From an uncultured Acidobacteriota bacterium (GTDB taxonomy: Bacteria > Acidobacteriota > Thermoanaerobaculia > Multivoradales > DATKCC01), in the NCBI GenBank assembly GCA_963837945.1, contig CAWIQD010000013.1, positions 11,707 through 75,706 of the forward strand: a stretch of DNA of 64,000 bases. Direction: 5' to 3'. Position numbers and translations under genes: made by a program. The notes under the pieces were generated by a model. It was not told the DNA's origin, made no database searches, and was given only the letters and a program-made list of their open reading frames with translations. Shown piece by piece: positions 17,831 to 26,532 of the stretch; positions within the stretch are counted from its first letter, which is position 1; the number at the start of each line of letters is the position of its first letter.

Positions 17831-20800
17831 CTACCAGTCGACCGGGAGACGGATCCGGCCCCGCTCCCGGTGCCGGAAGGCGACGAAACCCTCCCGCCGC
17901 CCGTGCAAGTAGAGGTCCCGCGTCAGCTCGACGTCTTTCCGGCAGTACGCCTCGACCAGGTCGAGCCGCCCCTGGCGCACCCACTCCAGGCACTGCAACC
18001 CGTCGCCCGACTTCGCCGCCCCCAGGGTCTCCTGCGCCAGGTGATCGAGACCCACCCGGAAGCCGATCCGCCGGTGCACGTCCTCCAGCAGGTCGAGCGT
18101 CGGCAGCATGCGCGCATAGTCCACCCCGGTGTAGCCGGAGAGCACCCGATAGTCGAAGCGTTTGACGTTGAACCCGATCACCCGCGTCGCCGTCGCCAGG
18201 AGCTCGGCGAGCTCCCCCACCCGCACCTCGGGAAACACCTCGAAGCGCCCCTCCTCGAGCACCAGCGCGACCCCCACGGCGATCCCCATGCGGTGGCAGT
18301 TGCCCCAGCCGCCCACCTCCTCGGCCGAGCGCAGGGTCTCGAGATCGAAGACCACGGTGACCGGCAGGACCTCGCGCGCCCCGGCCGGCCGCGGCCGTGG
18401 CGGCGCCTCCGGTCCGGCGGCGGCGGTCGACGGTGCGGGCGCCGGTCCGGGCGCCTCGACCGCGGGCGGTGTCGCCGGCATCGGCGGCCGAGCCGGCGCG
18501 GAGGGCTCGGAGGGCCTCGCCGGGGCGGGAGCGACCGTCGTCCCCTCCGGCACCGCCACCGGCTCCTCCCGGCCGAGGAGCAGGCGCAGCACCCGCGCGG
18601 CGCCCGCCTTGTCGAGCGGCCGGTTGCCGTTGCCGCACTTCGGCGACTGGATGCACGAGGGGCAGCCCGCCTCGCAGGCGCACCCCGCGACCAGGTCGAG
18701 CACGTGGGCCAGCAGCTCGGGCAGCTCGCCAAAGCCGCGCTCGGCGATCCCCACGCCGCCGGGGTGCCCGTCGTAGACGAAGACCGCCCCCTGCTCGAGC
18801 TGCGGGTGCCGGTGGTAGGAGATCCCGCCGATGTCCCCCCGGTCGCAGAGCGCCAGGAGCGGGAAGAGCGAGATCGCCGCGTGCTCGGTGGCGTGGAGGG
18901 AACCCAGGAAGTGCTCCTGGTGGCGGCGGAGCGTCTCCTCGAAGGCGCGCGGCGCGAGCCACCAGAGGCCGACGGTCTCGAAGCGCACCGGCGGCAGCTC
19001 CAGGGGCTGCTGGTCGATCACCTCTTGACTCTGGATCCGCTTGCGCTCGAAGCCGACCACCCGCTCGGTCACCCGCAGGCGGCCGAGGAAGGCATGGAGG
19101 CCGTCGCCGTCCCGCCGCTCGTCGACGGCCTCGAGGATCTCCGTCTCCTTCTCGGTCAAGGGCGTCGTGAAGTGGTCGAAGCGCCCCCGGCGGGCGATCA
19201 CGTGCCGGTGATCGAGGTCGAGCACCTCGACCTGGTACTGGCGCCCGCGGTGCAGGTAGACCGCACCCGGATGGCATTCGTGGAGCACCCGCACGCCGTC
19301 GACCGTGCCCACCATCTCCCCGGTCTCGACGTCGACGATGTCGTAGGTCGCACCGGTCCCCCTCAGGTTGACGTCGCGCTGGGGCCGGCGGCGCGGCGAG
19401 AACACCTCGGTGCCGTCGGCCGAGGCGAGCAGGCGGCTCTCGGCGACCAGCCGGTCGACCAGGGTGCCGTGGCGCCCGAGATAGCCGCCTTGGGCGCCGT
19501 CGCGCTCGCGGGTGAGGGCGAGCTCGGCCGCGGCGCAGACCAGGTGCGCCCGGGTGACCGGCTCGTTGCCCGGGTCGACGATCAGCCGCTCGCAAGGCCG
19601 CTCCAGGAACTCCTCCGGGTGGTCGAGGAAGTACTGGTCGAGGGCGTCGGGCATGGCGACCAGGGCGGTCAGGCTCTCGCGCGCCCCGCGCCCGGCCCGG
19701 CCCGAGCGCTGCCAGGTGGCCATCATGCTCCCCGGGTAGCCCACCAGCACGCAGGCGTCGAGCCCGCCGACGTCGATCCCCATCTCGAGGGCCGAGGTGG
19801 AGATCACCCCGGCGAGCTCGCCCGAGAAGAGGCGCGCCTCGATCTCGCGGCGCTCCTCGGCGAGGAACCCGGAGCGGTAGCTCGCCACCCGCCGGGCGAG
19901 CTCCGGCCGCTGCCGGCGCAGCCACGAGTACAGGAGCTCGGTCACCCGCCGGGCCTTGGTGAAGACGATCGTCTTGGCCCCCGACTCGAGGAGCTCGACG
20001 AACAGGTTGAGCGCCGTCGTGTACGGGCTCGCCTCGGGCCGGAAGAGAAGCATGTGGCGCCCCTGGCGCGGGGCCCCGGAGACGTCGACGACGTGGAACG
20101 GCCGGCCGGCGAGGGCTTCGGCGAACTCGGCGGCGTTGGCGGCGGTCGCCGAGGAGGCGATGAGCACCGGGTTCGAGCCCTCCGCTCGGCACAGGCGCAG
20201 GAAGCGCTGGAGGACGTGGTGGAAGTGCGAGCCGAAGATGCCGCGGTAGGTGTGGAGCTCGTCGACGACGATCCAGCGCAGGTCCCGGAGGAACCCCGAC
20301 CAGCCGGTCCACGAGCCGAGGATCCCCAGGTGGAGCATGTCCGGGTTGGTGACCAGCACGCGCGGCGGCGAGCGGCGGATCTTCGCCCTCTCCGAGCTCG
20401 AGGTGTCGCCGTCGTAGATCGCGGCGCGGGCCGTCTCCGGCGCCAGGCCCGCGGCTTCGGCGAGGGCGTCGAGCTTGCCCCGCTGGTCCTGGCCCAGGGC
20501 CTTGAGGGGAAAGAGATAGAGCGCCTTGCCCGGTCCGCCGCGCAGGGCCTCGACGAGCGGCGGCAGGTGGAAGACCAAGGACTTGCCCGACGCCGTCGGG
20601 GTGGTGATCAGGACGTCCTCGCCCCGCGCGACCGCCTCGAGCCCCGCGACCTGGTGGGCGAAGAGGCGCGAGACCCCGGAGGCCGCGAGCGCCCGGGCGA
20701 GAGGCTCGGGCAAGGGCGCGGAGAGCTCGCCGAAGTGGGCCGGCTCGGCCGCGAGGCGGGTCGAGTAGATCAGCTCCGGCCCTAGCCGCTCGTGTGCGCG

Positions 20801-20845
20801 CAGCGCCTCGACCAGAGTGGCCAGCGAGAGCTCGTCCGTCTTCAT
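17831..20845 (-). CDS. MrfA/YprA-like DEAD/DEAH helicase (DUF1998/MZB) fused to a C-terminal RNase H-like 3'-5' exonuclease domain
   Basis: Walker A TPTASGKS, a DELH box and SSATAAN. Four-Cys cluster CACEAGCPSCIQSPKCGNGN. A P/A-rich linker is followed by FDLETL, GFNVKRFDYRVL and YCRKDVELT, a DEDD-like pattern. Confidence 0.85.
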   Translation of the reverse strand: MKTDELSLATLVEALRAHERLGPELIYSTRLAAEPAHFGELSAPLPEPLARALAASGVSRLFAHQVAGLEAVARGEDVLITTPTASGKSLVFHLPPLVEALRGGPGKALYLFPLKALGQDQRGKLDALAEAAGLAPETARAAIYDGDTSSSERAKIRRSPPRVLVTNPDMLHLGILGSWTGWSGFLRDLRWIVVDELHTYRGIFGSHFHHVLQRFLRLCRAEGSNPVLIASSATAANAAEFAEALAGRPFHVVDVSGAPRQGRHMLLFRPEASPYTTALNLFVELLESGAKTIVFTKARRVTELLYSWLRRQRPELARRVASYRSGFLAEERREIEARLFSGELAGVISTSALEMGIDVGGLDACVLVGYPGSMMATWQRSGRAGRGARESLTALVAMPDALDQYFLDHPEEFLERPCERLIVDPGNEPVTRAHLVCAAAELALTRERDGAQGGYLGRHGTLVDRLVAESRLLASADGTEVFSPRRRPQRDVNLRGTGATYDIVDVETGEMVGTVDGVRVLHECHPGAVYLHRGRQYQVEVLDLDHRHVIARRGRFDHFTTPLTEKETEILEAVDERRDGDGLHAFLGRLRVTERVVGFERKRIQSQEVIDQQPLELPPVRFETVGLWWLAPRAFEETLRRHQEHFLGSLHATEHAAISLFPLLALCDRGDIGGISYHRHPQLEQGAVFVYDGHPGGVGIAERGFGELPELLAHVLDLVAGCACEAGCPSCIQSPKCGNGNRPLDKAGAARVLRLLLGREEPVAVPEGTTVAPAPARPSEPSAPARPPMPATPPAVEAPGPAPAPSTAAAGPEAPPRPRPAGAREVLPVTVVFDLETLRSAEEVGGWGNCHRMGIAVGVALVLEEGRFEVFPEVRVGELAELLATATRVIGFNVKRFDYRVLSGYTGVDYARMLPTLDLLEDVHRRIGFRVGLDHLAQETLGAAKSGDGLQCLEWVRQGRLDLVEAYCRKDVELTRDLYLHGRREGFVAFRHRERGRIRLPVDW

Positions 20846-20902
20846 CCCGCGATCAGTCTACCCGCGCTCGCGGCGGGCCGGGGGTTCGGAGCCCGCGTCG
20901 CC

Positions 20903-21107
20903 GGTCGCCCGGCCGAGACAGAGCTCGGCCTGGGGACCGTTTAGGGCGAGGATTCGGCGACGGCTTCGGTGGGGCGCTCGGTGCTCCCCGAACCGGTCGC
21001 CCGGCCGAGACAGAGCTCGGCCGCTTCATGGGTTCGGAGGGCAGGGGAAGTGCTTCATCCCTTCGGAGGGCAAGGGCGCTTGAAGCGGCCGACCTCTGCG
21101 TCGGCCG
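20903..21107. repeat. Cluster of three REP-like family A copies
   Basis: GGTCGCCCGGCCGAGACAGAGCTCGGCC occurs at 20903-20930. A full copy with GCTTCATGGGT is at 20995-21033. A degenerate inverted copy is at 21081-21107. Confidence 0.8.
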
Positions 21108-21110
21108 TGC

Positions 21111-21215
21111 CGCGGAGTCCGACCCGGGGCAGCGCGGTCCATGCCGAGGCGCGGCTCCTCCGCCCCGAAGTTCTGGCAAGCCGCGCCGTCCGCAAGCGCG
21201 AGAGCCCCCGCCCCG
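21111..21215. repeat. Family C repeat, copy 1 (105 bp)
   Basis: About 88% identical by eye to 22283-22387, in the same orientation (CGCGGAGTCCGA...GCGCGGTCCATGCCGAGGCGCGGCTCCTCCG...GCCGCGCCGTCCGCAAGCGCG.GAGCCCCCGCCCCG). Confidence 0.8.
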
Positions 21216-21217
21216 TC

Positions 21218-21979
21218 TCAGTACTCGAGCGCCTCGAAGAACCGATGTGGCCGAAAATGCAACCCCGCCTGGTGGTGATCCACCGAGAACGCCACCCCCA
21301 GCGCCTGGCCCAGGATCAGCCCGCGCGGCACGAACCCGATCACCCGCGAGTCCCGGCTCTCGTCCCGGTTGTCCCCCATCATGAAGTACTCGCCCTTCGG
21401 CACCGCGATCGGCCCGAAGTCCTCGAGCGGCGAGTGGAGGTCCGGCGTCACCATCACCGGGTGCTTCTCGCCATCGAGCTCCTCCCAGGCGAGATAGCGC
21501 CGCAGCGGCTGGTTCGGCCGGAGACGCGCCGCGATCGCCGGGTCGATCGCCTCGTACTGGGCCGGCTCGCCGTTGACGAAGAGGTGGTTGTCGCGCAGGG
21601 TCAAGACATCCCCCGGCAGCCCGATCACCCGCTTGATCAGCCGCCGCCCGTCCTCCGGCGAGAGCAGGACGACGATGTCGCCCCGGTGCGGATCGTCCCA
21701 CTCGGCGAGGCGCCAGGTGGTGAACGGGACCTTCAGGTCGTAGGCGATCTTGTTCACGAACACCCGGTCACCCTCGAGGATCGTCGGCTTCATCGAGCCG
21801 GTCGGCACGTCGTTCCAGTCGGCGACCGCGGAGCGAAAGGAGGACAGGGCGACCAGGAGCACGATGAGCGGCCGCGCCCAGTCCCACACCGCCCGCAGGC
21901 GCGACGGCCGGGCAGAGGGCAGCGCGGAAGGCTCGACGGGCGCGGATTCGGAGGAGGGTTCGAGGGTGGGCTCGGTCAT
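21218..21979 (-). CDS. lepB: Signal peptidase I
   Basis: S26 boxes are present: PTGSMKPTI, GDIVVL, RLIKRVIGLPGD and GEYFMMGDNRDESRDSR. ATG at 21979 (MTEPTLEP). Confidence 0.9.
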   Translation of the reverse strand: MTEPTLEPSSESAPVEPSALPSARPSRLRAVWDWARPLIVLLVALSSFRSAVADWNDVPTGSMKPTILEGDRVFVNKIAYDLKVPFTTWRLAEWDDPHRGDIVVLLSPEDGRRLIKRVIGLPGDVLTLRDNHLFVNGEPAQYEAIDPAIAARLRPNQPLRRYLAWEELDGEKHPVMVTPDLHSPLEDFGPIAVPKGEYFMMGDNRDESRDSRVIGFVPRGLILGQALGVAFSVDHHQAGLHFRPHRFFEALEY

Positions 21980-22389
21980 GAATGGGGCTCCCGGAGGCGG
22001 CGGTTCGCGCTCCACAACGCAAACGCGCGCCGGAAGATTCTCCGGCCGCCCAGCGTCCGAGTCGAGATTCCTCGACGTCAGGCCGCGCGTCGCGCGACCT
22101 TCGCTCGGAATGACAAAAAGGGGGAGGGGCGGGGGCTCCCGCCCGGAGGACGTCGAGGACCGCGCTCGACGAGACCCACCGCACGCAGCCCGCGCCGGAA
22201 CGAGGGCAATGCCGAGGAGTCCGACCCCGGAGGGGCGGGGGCTCCCGAGCGGCGGCGTCATGGACCGCGCTCAACGAGGCATCGCGGAGTCCGAGCCGAC
22301 CGAGCGCGGTCCATGCCGAGGCGCGGCTCCTCCGGCCCGCAGTGCGAGAAAGCCGCGCCGTCCGCAAGCGCGGGAGCCCCCGCCCCGGC
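21980..22389. repeat. Repeat-filled 410-bp intergenic region (family C copy 2 at 22283-22387, plus internal direct repeats)
   Basis: GGAGGGGCGGGGGCTCCCG...GGACCGCGCTC.ACGAG occurs twice, at about 22121-22185 and 22228-22280. A related copy lies at 32100-32180. Confidence 0.7.
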
Positions 22390-23082
22390 CTACCTGGCCC
22401 GCGCCTTCAACAGAATGTCCACCCGCCGGTTCTCCCTCCGCCCCGCCTCCGTCGCGTTCGACGCCGCCGGCAGGCTCTCGCCGTAGCCCACCGCGGTCAT
22501 CCGCCCCGGATCCACCCCGCGCCCGATCAGGTAGTTCTTCACCGCCGCCGCCCGACGCTCCGACAGATCCTGGTTGTGCTGCTCCGAGCCGGTCGAGTCG
22601 GTGTGGCCTTGCACCACCACCGCGGTCTTCGGGTACTCGTGGAGCACACCCGCCACCTGCTCGAGGGAGCCCTGCGCGTCCGGCGTCAGGCTCGCCGAGT
22701 CGACGGAGAACAGCACGTCGGAGTTGAAGTGGATCAGGATCACGTCCTCGCTCACCCGCTCGACCGTGGTGCCCGGGATGCGCGTGAGCTTCTCCTCCTG
22801 GGCGTCCATGTAGGCGCCCACCCCGGCGCCCACCACCGCCCCGATCGCGGCGCCCGCGAGGATCTCGTCGGCCTGCCGCTCGCCCTTGAGGATGGCGGCC
22901 GCGGCGCCGGCGGCGGCCCCGATCCCCGCGCCCTTGGCCGTCTTCTCGTGGCGGGTGTTGTAGGGCTGGCGCTGCGGCAGCGAGCTGCAGGCGGCGAGGA
23001 GCGCTCCGGCGAGGAGCAGGACGAGTGCGGCGGTGACGGTGCGGCCGGCCGTGCGGCCGCGCGGTGGGGTCGGGGTCTTCAT
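22390..23082 (-). CDS. OmpA-family lipoprotein with glycine-zipper
   Basis: Lipobox LLAAC and Gly-zipper GAGIGAAAGAAAA. OmpA_C signature VVVQGHTDSTGSEQHNQDLSERRAAAV...NRRVDILL. An AGGAG SD precedes the ATG at 23082. Confidence 0.88.
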   Translation of the reverse strand: MKTPTPPRGRTAGRTVTAALVLLLAGALLAACSSLPQRQPYNTRHEKTAKGAGIGAAAGAAAAILKGERQADEILAGAAIGAVVGAGVGAYMDAQEEKLTRIPGTTVERVSEDVILIHFNSDVLFSVDSASLTPDAQGSLEQVAGVLHEYPKTAVVVQGHTDSTGSEQHNQDLSERRAAAVKNYLIGRGVDPGRMTAVGYGESLPAASNATEAGRRENRRVDILLKARAR

Positions 23083-23249
23083 GGTCGGCTCCTGGTCGGG
23101 GGTAGCGGGGCTCGCGAGCCCCGCGGTTCGGGTCGCCCGCCGCACGCCGGCCGGCGGCTCCGAGGGAAAGCAAGCGGCCTGCCACGCGGTACCTGCCGCC
23201 GCCCCGCCGGGGGGTTCAGGCGCGCGCGGAACTGTGGTAGAACCGCCCC

Positions 23250-24473
23250 ATGATCGCCACCGACGAGCTCAAGACCACCGCCGACTTCATCGCCCTCGAG
23301 GACCGCTATGGGGCCCACAACTACCACCCTCTCGACGTCGTGATCACGCGCGCCGAGGGATGCTGGGTCTGGGACGTCGACGGGCGCAAGTACCTCGATT
23401 TCCTGGCCGCCTACTCGGCGGTCAACCAGGGCCACTGCCACCCGAAGATCGTCGCCGCCCTGGTCGAGCAGTCCGGCCGCGTCGCGCTGACCTCCCGCGC
23501 CTTCCGCAACGATCGCCTGGGCGAGTTCTACCGCGAGGTCTGCGAGCTCACGGGCTTTCCCAGGGTCCTGCCGATGAACACCGGCGCCGAGGCCGTGGAG
23601 ACGGCGATCAAGGCGGCCCGCAAATGGGCCTACACGGTCAAGGGCGTGCCCGCCGACCAGGCCGAGATCCTGGTCTTCGCCAACAACTTCCACGGCCGCA
23701 CCACGACCATCGTCGGCTTCTCGACCGAGGACCAGACCCGGAGCGGCTTCGGGCCCTTCACGCCGGGCTTCACGATCCTGCCCTACGGTGACGCCGAGGC
23801 GGTCGCCCGGGCGATGAACGAGCGGGTGTGCGCCGTCCTGGTCGAGCCGATCCAGGGCGAGGGCGGCATCATCATTCCGCCCGAAGGCTACCTGCGGCGG
23901 CTGCGCGAGATCACCTCGGAGCACCGCGCGCTCCTGGTGGTCGACGAGATCCAGTCCGGCCTCGGGCGCACGGGCAAGATGTTCGCCTACGAGCACGAAG
24001 GCATCCGCCCCGACGTGCTGATCGTCGGCAAGGCGCTCTCGGGCGGCCTCTACCCGGTCTCGGCGATCCTCGCCACCGAGGAGGTCATGGGCGTCTTCCA
24101 TCCGGGCGACCACGGTTCGACGTACGGCGGCAACCCGGTCGCCGCCGCCGTCGCCACCGCCGCCCTGCGGGTGATCGTGGACGAGCGGCTGGTCGAGCGC
24201 TCGGCGGAGCTCGGGGCGTACTTCATCGAGCGGCTGCGGCGGATCGACTCGCCCCACGTCAAGGAGGTGCGCGGACGGGGCCTGTGGATCGGGGTCGAGC
24301 TCCACCCGGAGGCCGGCGGCGCCCGGCGCTTCTGCGAGGCGTTCCAGCACCTGGGCATCCTGTGCAAGGAGACCCACGAGCACGTGATCCGCATGGCGCC
24401 GCCGCTGGTGATCGAGAAGGGCGAGATCGACTGGGCGCTCGAGCGGATCGAGAAGGTCCTGGCCGGCGCCTGA
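23250..24473 (+). CDS. rocD: Ornithine--oxo-acid aminotransferase
   Basis: Class III aminotransferase. [12 protein letters not shown]...[26 protein letters not shown] and [12 protein letters not shown] are typical of RocD/OAT. Confidence 0.88.
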   Translation: MIATDELKTTADFIALEDRYGAHNYHPLDVVITRAEGCWVWDVDGRKYLDFLAAYSAVNQGHCHPKIVAALVEQSGRVALTSRAFRNDRLGEFYREVCELTGFPRVLPMNTGAEAVETAIKAARKWAYTVKGVPADQAEILVFANNFHGRTTTIVGFSTEDQTRSGFGPFTPGFTILPYGDAEAVARAMNERVCAVLVEPIQGEGGIIIPPEGYLRRLREITSEHRALLVVDEIQSGLGRTGKMFAYEHEGIRPDVLIVGKALSGGLYPVSAILATEEVMGVFHPGDHGSTYGGNPVAAAVATAALRVIVDERLVERSAELGAYFIERLRRIDSPHVKEVRGRGLWIGVELHPEAGGARRFCEAFQHLGILCKETHEHVIRMAPPLVIEKGEIDWALERIEKVLAGA

Positions 24474-24546
24474 GCGTCCGGCCGGTCGCCGCCGGGTCGA
24501 AACCTTTGCGGCCTCCTCATCGTCTTACTGGACGGAGGGCGAAACG

Positions 24547-24738
24547 ATGCTCGGATTCCTGCTCTGGTGCTTGCTGCTGATCGTCTGCTGGCCGGTGGCG
24601 ATCCTCGCCCTGATCCTCTACCCGATCATCTGGCTTCTCATGCTGCCCTTCCGGCTGGTGGGCATCACGGTCGAGGGCCTGTTCGCCTTCATCAAGGCGC
24701 TCTTCCTGCTGCCGGCCCGCGCGCTGGGCTCGCGCTGA
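24547..24738 (+). CDS. Small hydrophobic membrane protein (63 aa)
   Basis: A GGAGGG SD sits 6 nt before the ATG. There are two clear TM segments, and GC3 usage is genome-like. Confidence 0.55.
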   Translation: MLGFLLWCLLLIVCWPVAILALILYPIIWLLMLPFRLVGITVEGLFAFIKALFLLPARALGSR

Positions 24739-24887
24739 AGATCGGCCGGACCGCCCCCCTCACCCCCGATCCCTCTCCCACCCTCGGCCGGTGCTTTCCG
24801 AGCCGGCGGCGGCCTCCGTGTAGAATCTCCTCCGAGTCGGGTCCGCGGCCCGGCCCTCCGATCCTCCCTCTTCCCGGAGCCAGGCCC

Positions 24888-25829
24888 ATGACCCCGATCT
24901 CCGCGTCGCATCCATCCTCCGTCTTCCTGGGATTCGGCCTGTGCCTGATGCTCGCCGCCGGCTGCCGGGCGACCGAGCCGGCCGCCAACGGCGAAACGGC
25001 GCCGAGCACCGAGGCCGCGGGCGACTACGCCGCCGCGATGGCCCGCGAGCACAAGGACGACCGCCCCGAGCCGAGCGCCGCGGCCCAGACCGCGCCGGCG
25101 GTGCCGGTGACCGGCGACCCGGTGGTCTACGGCTCGATCGGCGACCAGGAGATCACGGGGTATCTCGCTCGGCCCACGCACGCCGACCATCCGCTCCCCG
25201 GCCTGATCGTGATCCACGAGTGGTGGGGCTTGAACGACAACATCCGCGCCATGACCCGGCGGCTCGCGGGCGAGGGCTACGTGGCGCTCGCCGTCGACCT
25301 CTACGGCGGCCAGACCGCCTCGACCCCCGCCGAGGCCCGGGAGCTCATGGGCCGGATCGACCCGGAGCGGGCGATCGAGAACCTGCGCAAGGCGCGCACC
25401 CACCTCGCCGACCGGCTGTCGTCGACCGGCGACCGGGGCGACCGGATCGGCGTGATCGGCTGGTGCTTCGGCGGCGGCTGGTCCCTGCAGGCCGCCCTCG
25501 ACATGCCGGACTCGATCGACGCGGCGGTCGTCTACTACGGCCACCTGACGACCGACCCGGCCGAGCTCGGCAAGCTCGGCGCTCCGCTCATCGGCTTCTT
25601 CGGCGCCGACGACGGCTCGATCCCGGTCGACCAGGTGCGGACCTTCCAGCAGACGCTCGAGAAGCTGGGCAAGGACGTGGAGATCCACGTCTACGACGGC
25701 GCGGGTCACGCCTTCGCCAACCCGTCGGGCACCGGCTATCGGCCCGCGGCGGCCGAGGACGCATGGAACCGGACGGTCGCCTTCCTGGAGCACAACCTCC
25801 AACACCCCGGCGGGACACCGGCCGAGTGA
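24888..25829 (+). CDS. Dienelactone hydrolase family lipoprotein
   Basis: Lipobox LAAGC, IVIHEWWGLN, nucleophile elbow GVIGWCFGG, and a C-terminal GAGHAF. Confidence 0.85.
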   Translation: MTPISASHPSSVFLGFGLCLMLAAGCRATEPAANGETAPSTEAAGDYAAAMAREHKDDRPEPSAAAQTAPAVPVTGDPVVYGSIGDQEITGYLARPTHADHPLPGLIVIHEWWGLNDNIRAMTRRLAGEGYVALAVDLYGGQTASTPAEARELMGRIDPERAIENLRKARTHLADRLSSTGDRGDRIGVIGWCFGGGWSLQAALDMPDSIDAAVVYYGHLTTDPAELGKLGAPLIGFFGADDGSIPVDQVRTFQQTLEKLGKDVEIHVYDGAGHAFANPSGTGYRPAAAEDAWNRTVAFLEHNLQHPGGTPAE

Positions 25830-26233
25830 CCCGGGTTGCGCCGCGCTCCGCGTGGGTCCCGGGCGGCCTCGCCGTCGCCCTGGTCCTGGCGGCGGCCGCC
25901 GTCGCGGGCTGCTCGCCCCCCCCGCCGGCCGGCGAGGTCCACCGCTACACCGTCCGCGGCGAGGTGGCCGCCCTCCCCCGCCCCGGCCAGCCGGGCTCGG
26001 AGCTCCTGATCCACCACGAAACGGTGCCGAAGTTCGTCGACTCCGGTGGGCAGACGGTGGTCATGGAGTCGATGACCATGCCCTTCCCGCTGGCCGACGG
26101 CGTGAGCCTCGGCGGCATCGACCGGGGCGACAAGGTGGAGATGACGTTCGAGGTCCGCTGGAACGGCGCGCCCCCCCTCCAGGTCACCGCGATCCGCGAG
26201 CTCCCGCCCGACACCCGGCTCGATTTTCACTGA
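25826..26233 (+). CDS. CusF-like copper-binding periplasmic lipoprotein
   Basis: Lipobox VAGCS. HHETVPKF...VVMESMTMPFPLAD...GDKVEMTFEV resembles the CusF family. GTG 25826 overlaps the upstream stop in GTGA. Confidence 0.65.
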   Translation: MTRVAPRSAWVPGGLAVALVLAAAAVAGCSPPPPAGEVHRYTVRGEVAALPRPGQPGSELLIHHETVPKFVDSGGQTVVMESMTMPFPLADGVSLGGIDRGDKVEMTFEVRWNGAPPLQVTAIRELPPDTRLDFH

Positions 26234-26296
26234 TCCCCTCGCATCCCGTCGGTCCCCTTCCCAGCGTCTCTCCCGGCTGCCGAATCACTCCGATTC

Positions 26297-26369
26297 CATG
26301 AAGCGGCCGAGCTCTGCCCGCCGCCCTGAGCGAGCGGAGCGAGTCGAACGGGTCGGCCGGGCGAACGGC
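26297..26369. repeat. REP-like family A copy with about 35 bp inserted in the loop
   Basis: The sequence is CCATGAAGCGGCCGAGCTCTGCC...GGTCGGCCGGGCGAACGGC. A family B-like fragment lies just upstream at about 26221-26275. Confidence 0.65.
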
Positions 26370-26532
26370 CCGCGGAGCTTCCGACCGGGGGGAAGGCCCG
26401 GGCCCTTCGCCGCGATCCGAAACGTTTCCCGGGGTCGTGCCACGCAAGAGTGGGGAACCTCTCCGGCGCAAGCCGGATCCCTTCAGTCCTCCGAACCGGT
26501 AGCCCCGGGCCCGAACCGAGTCGGGCCCGCGA

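Noticed and set aside
21111-22387. Template/variable repeat pair of a diversity-generating retroelement
   Set aside because: There is no reverse transcriptase nearby, both repeats are intergenic, and the differences are not adenine-specific.
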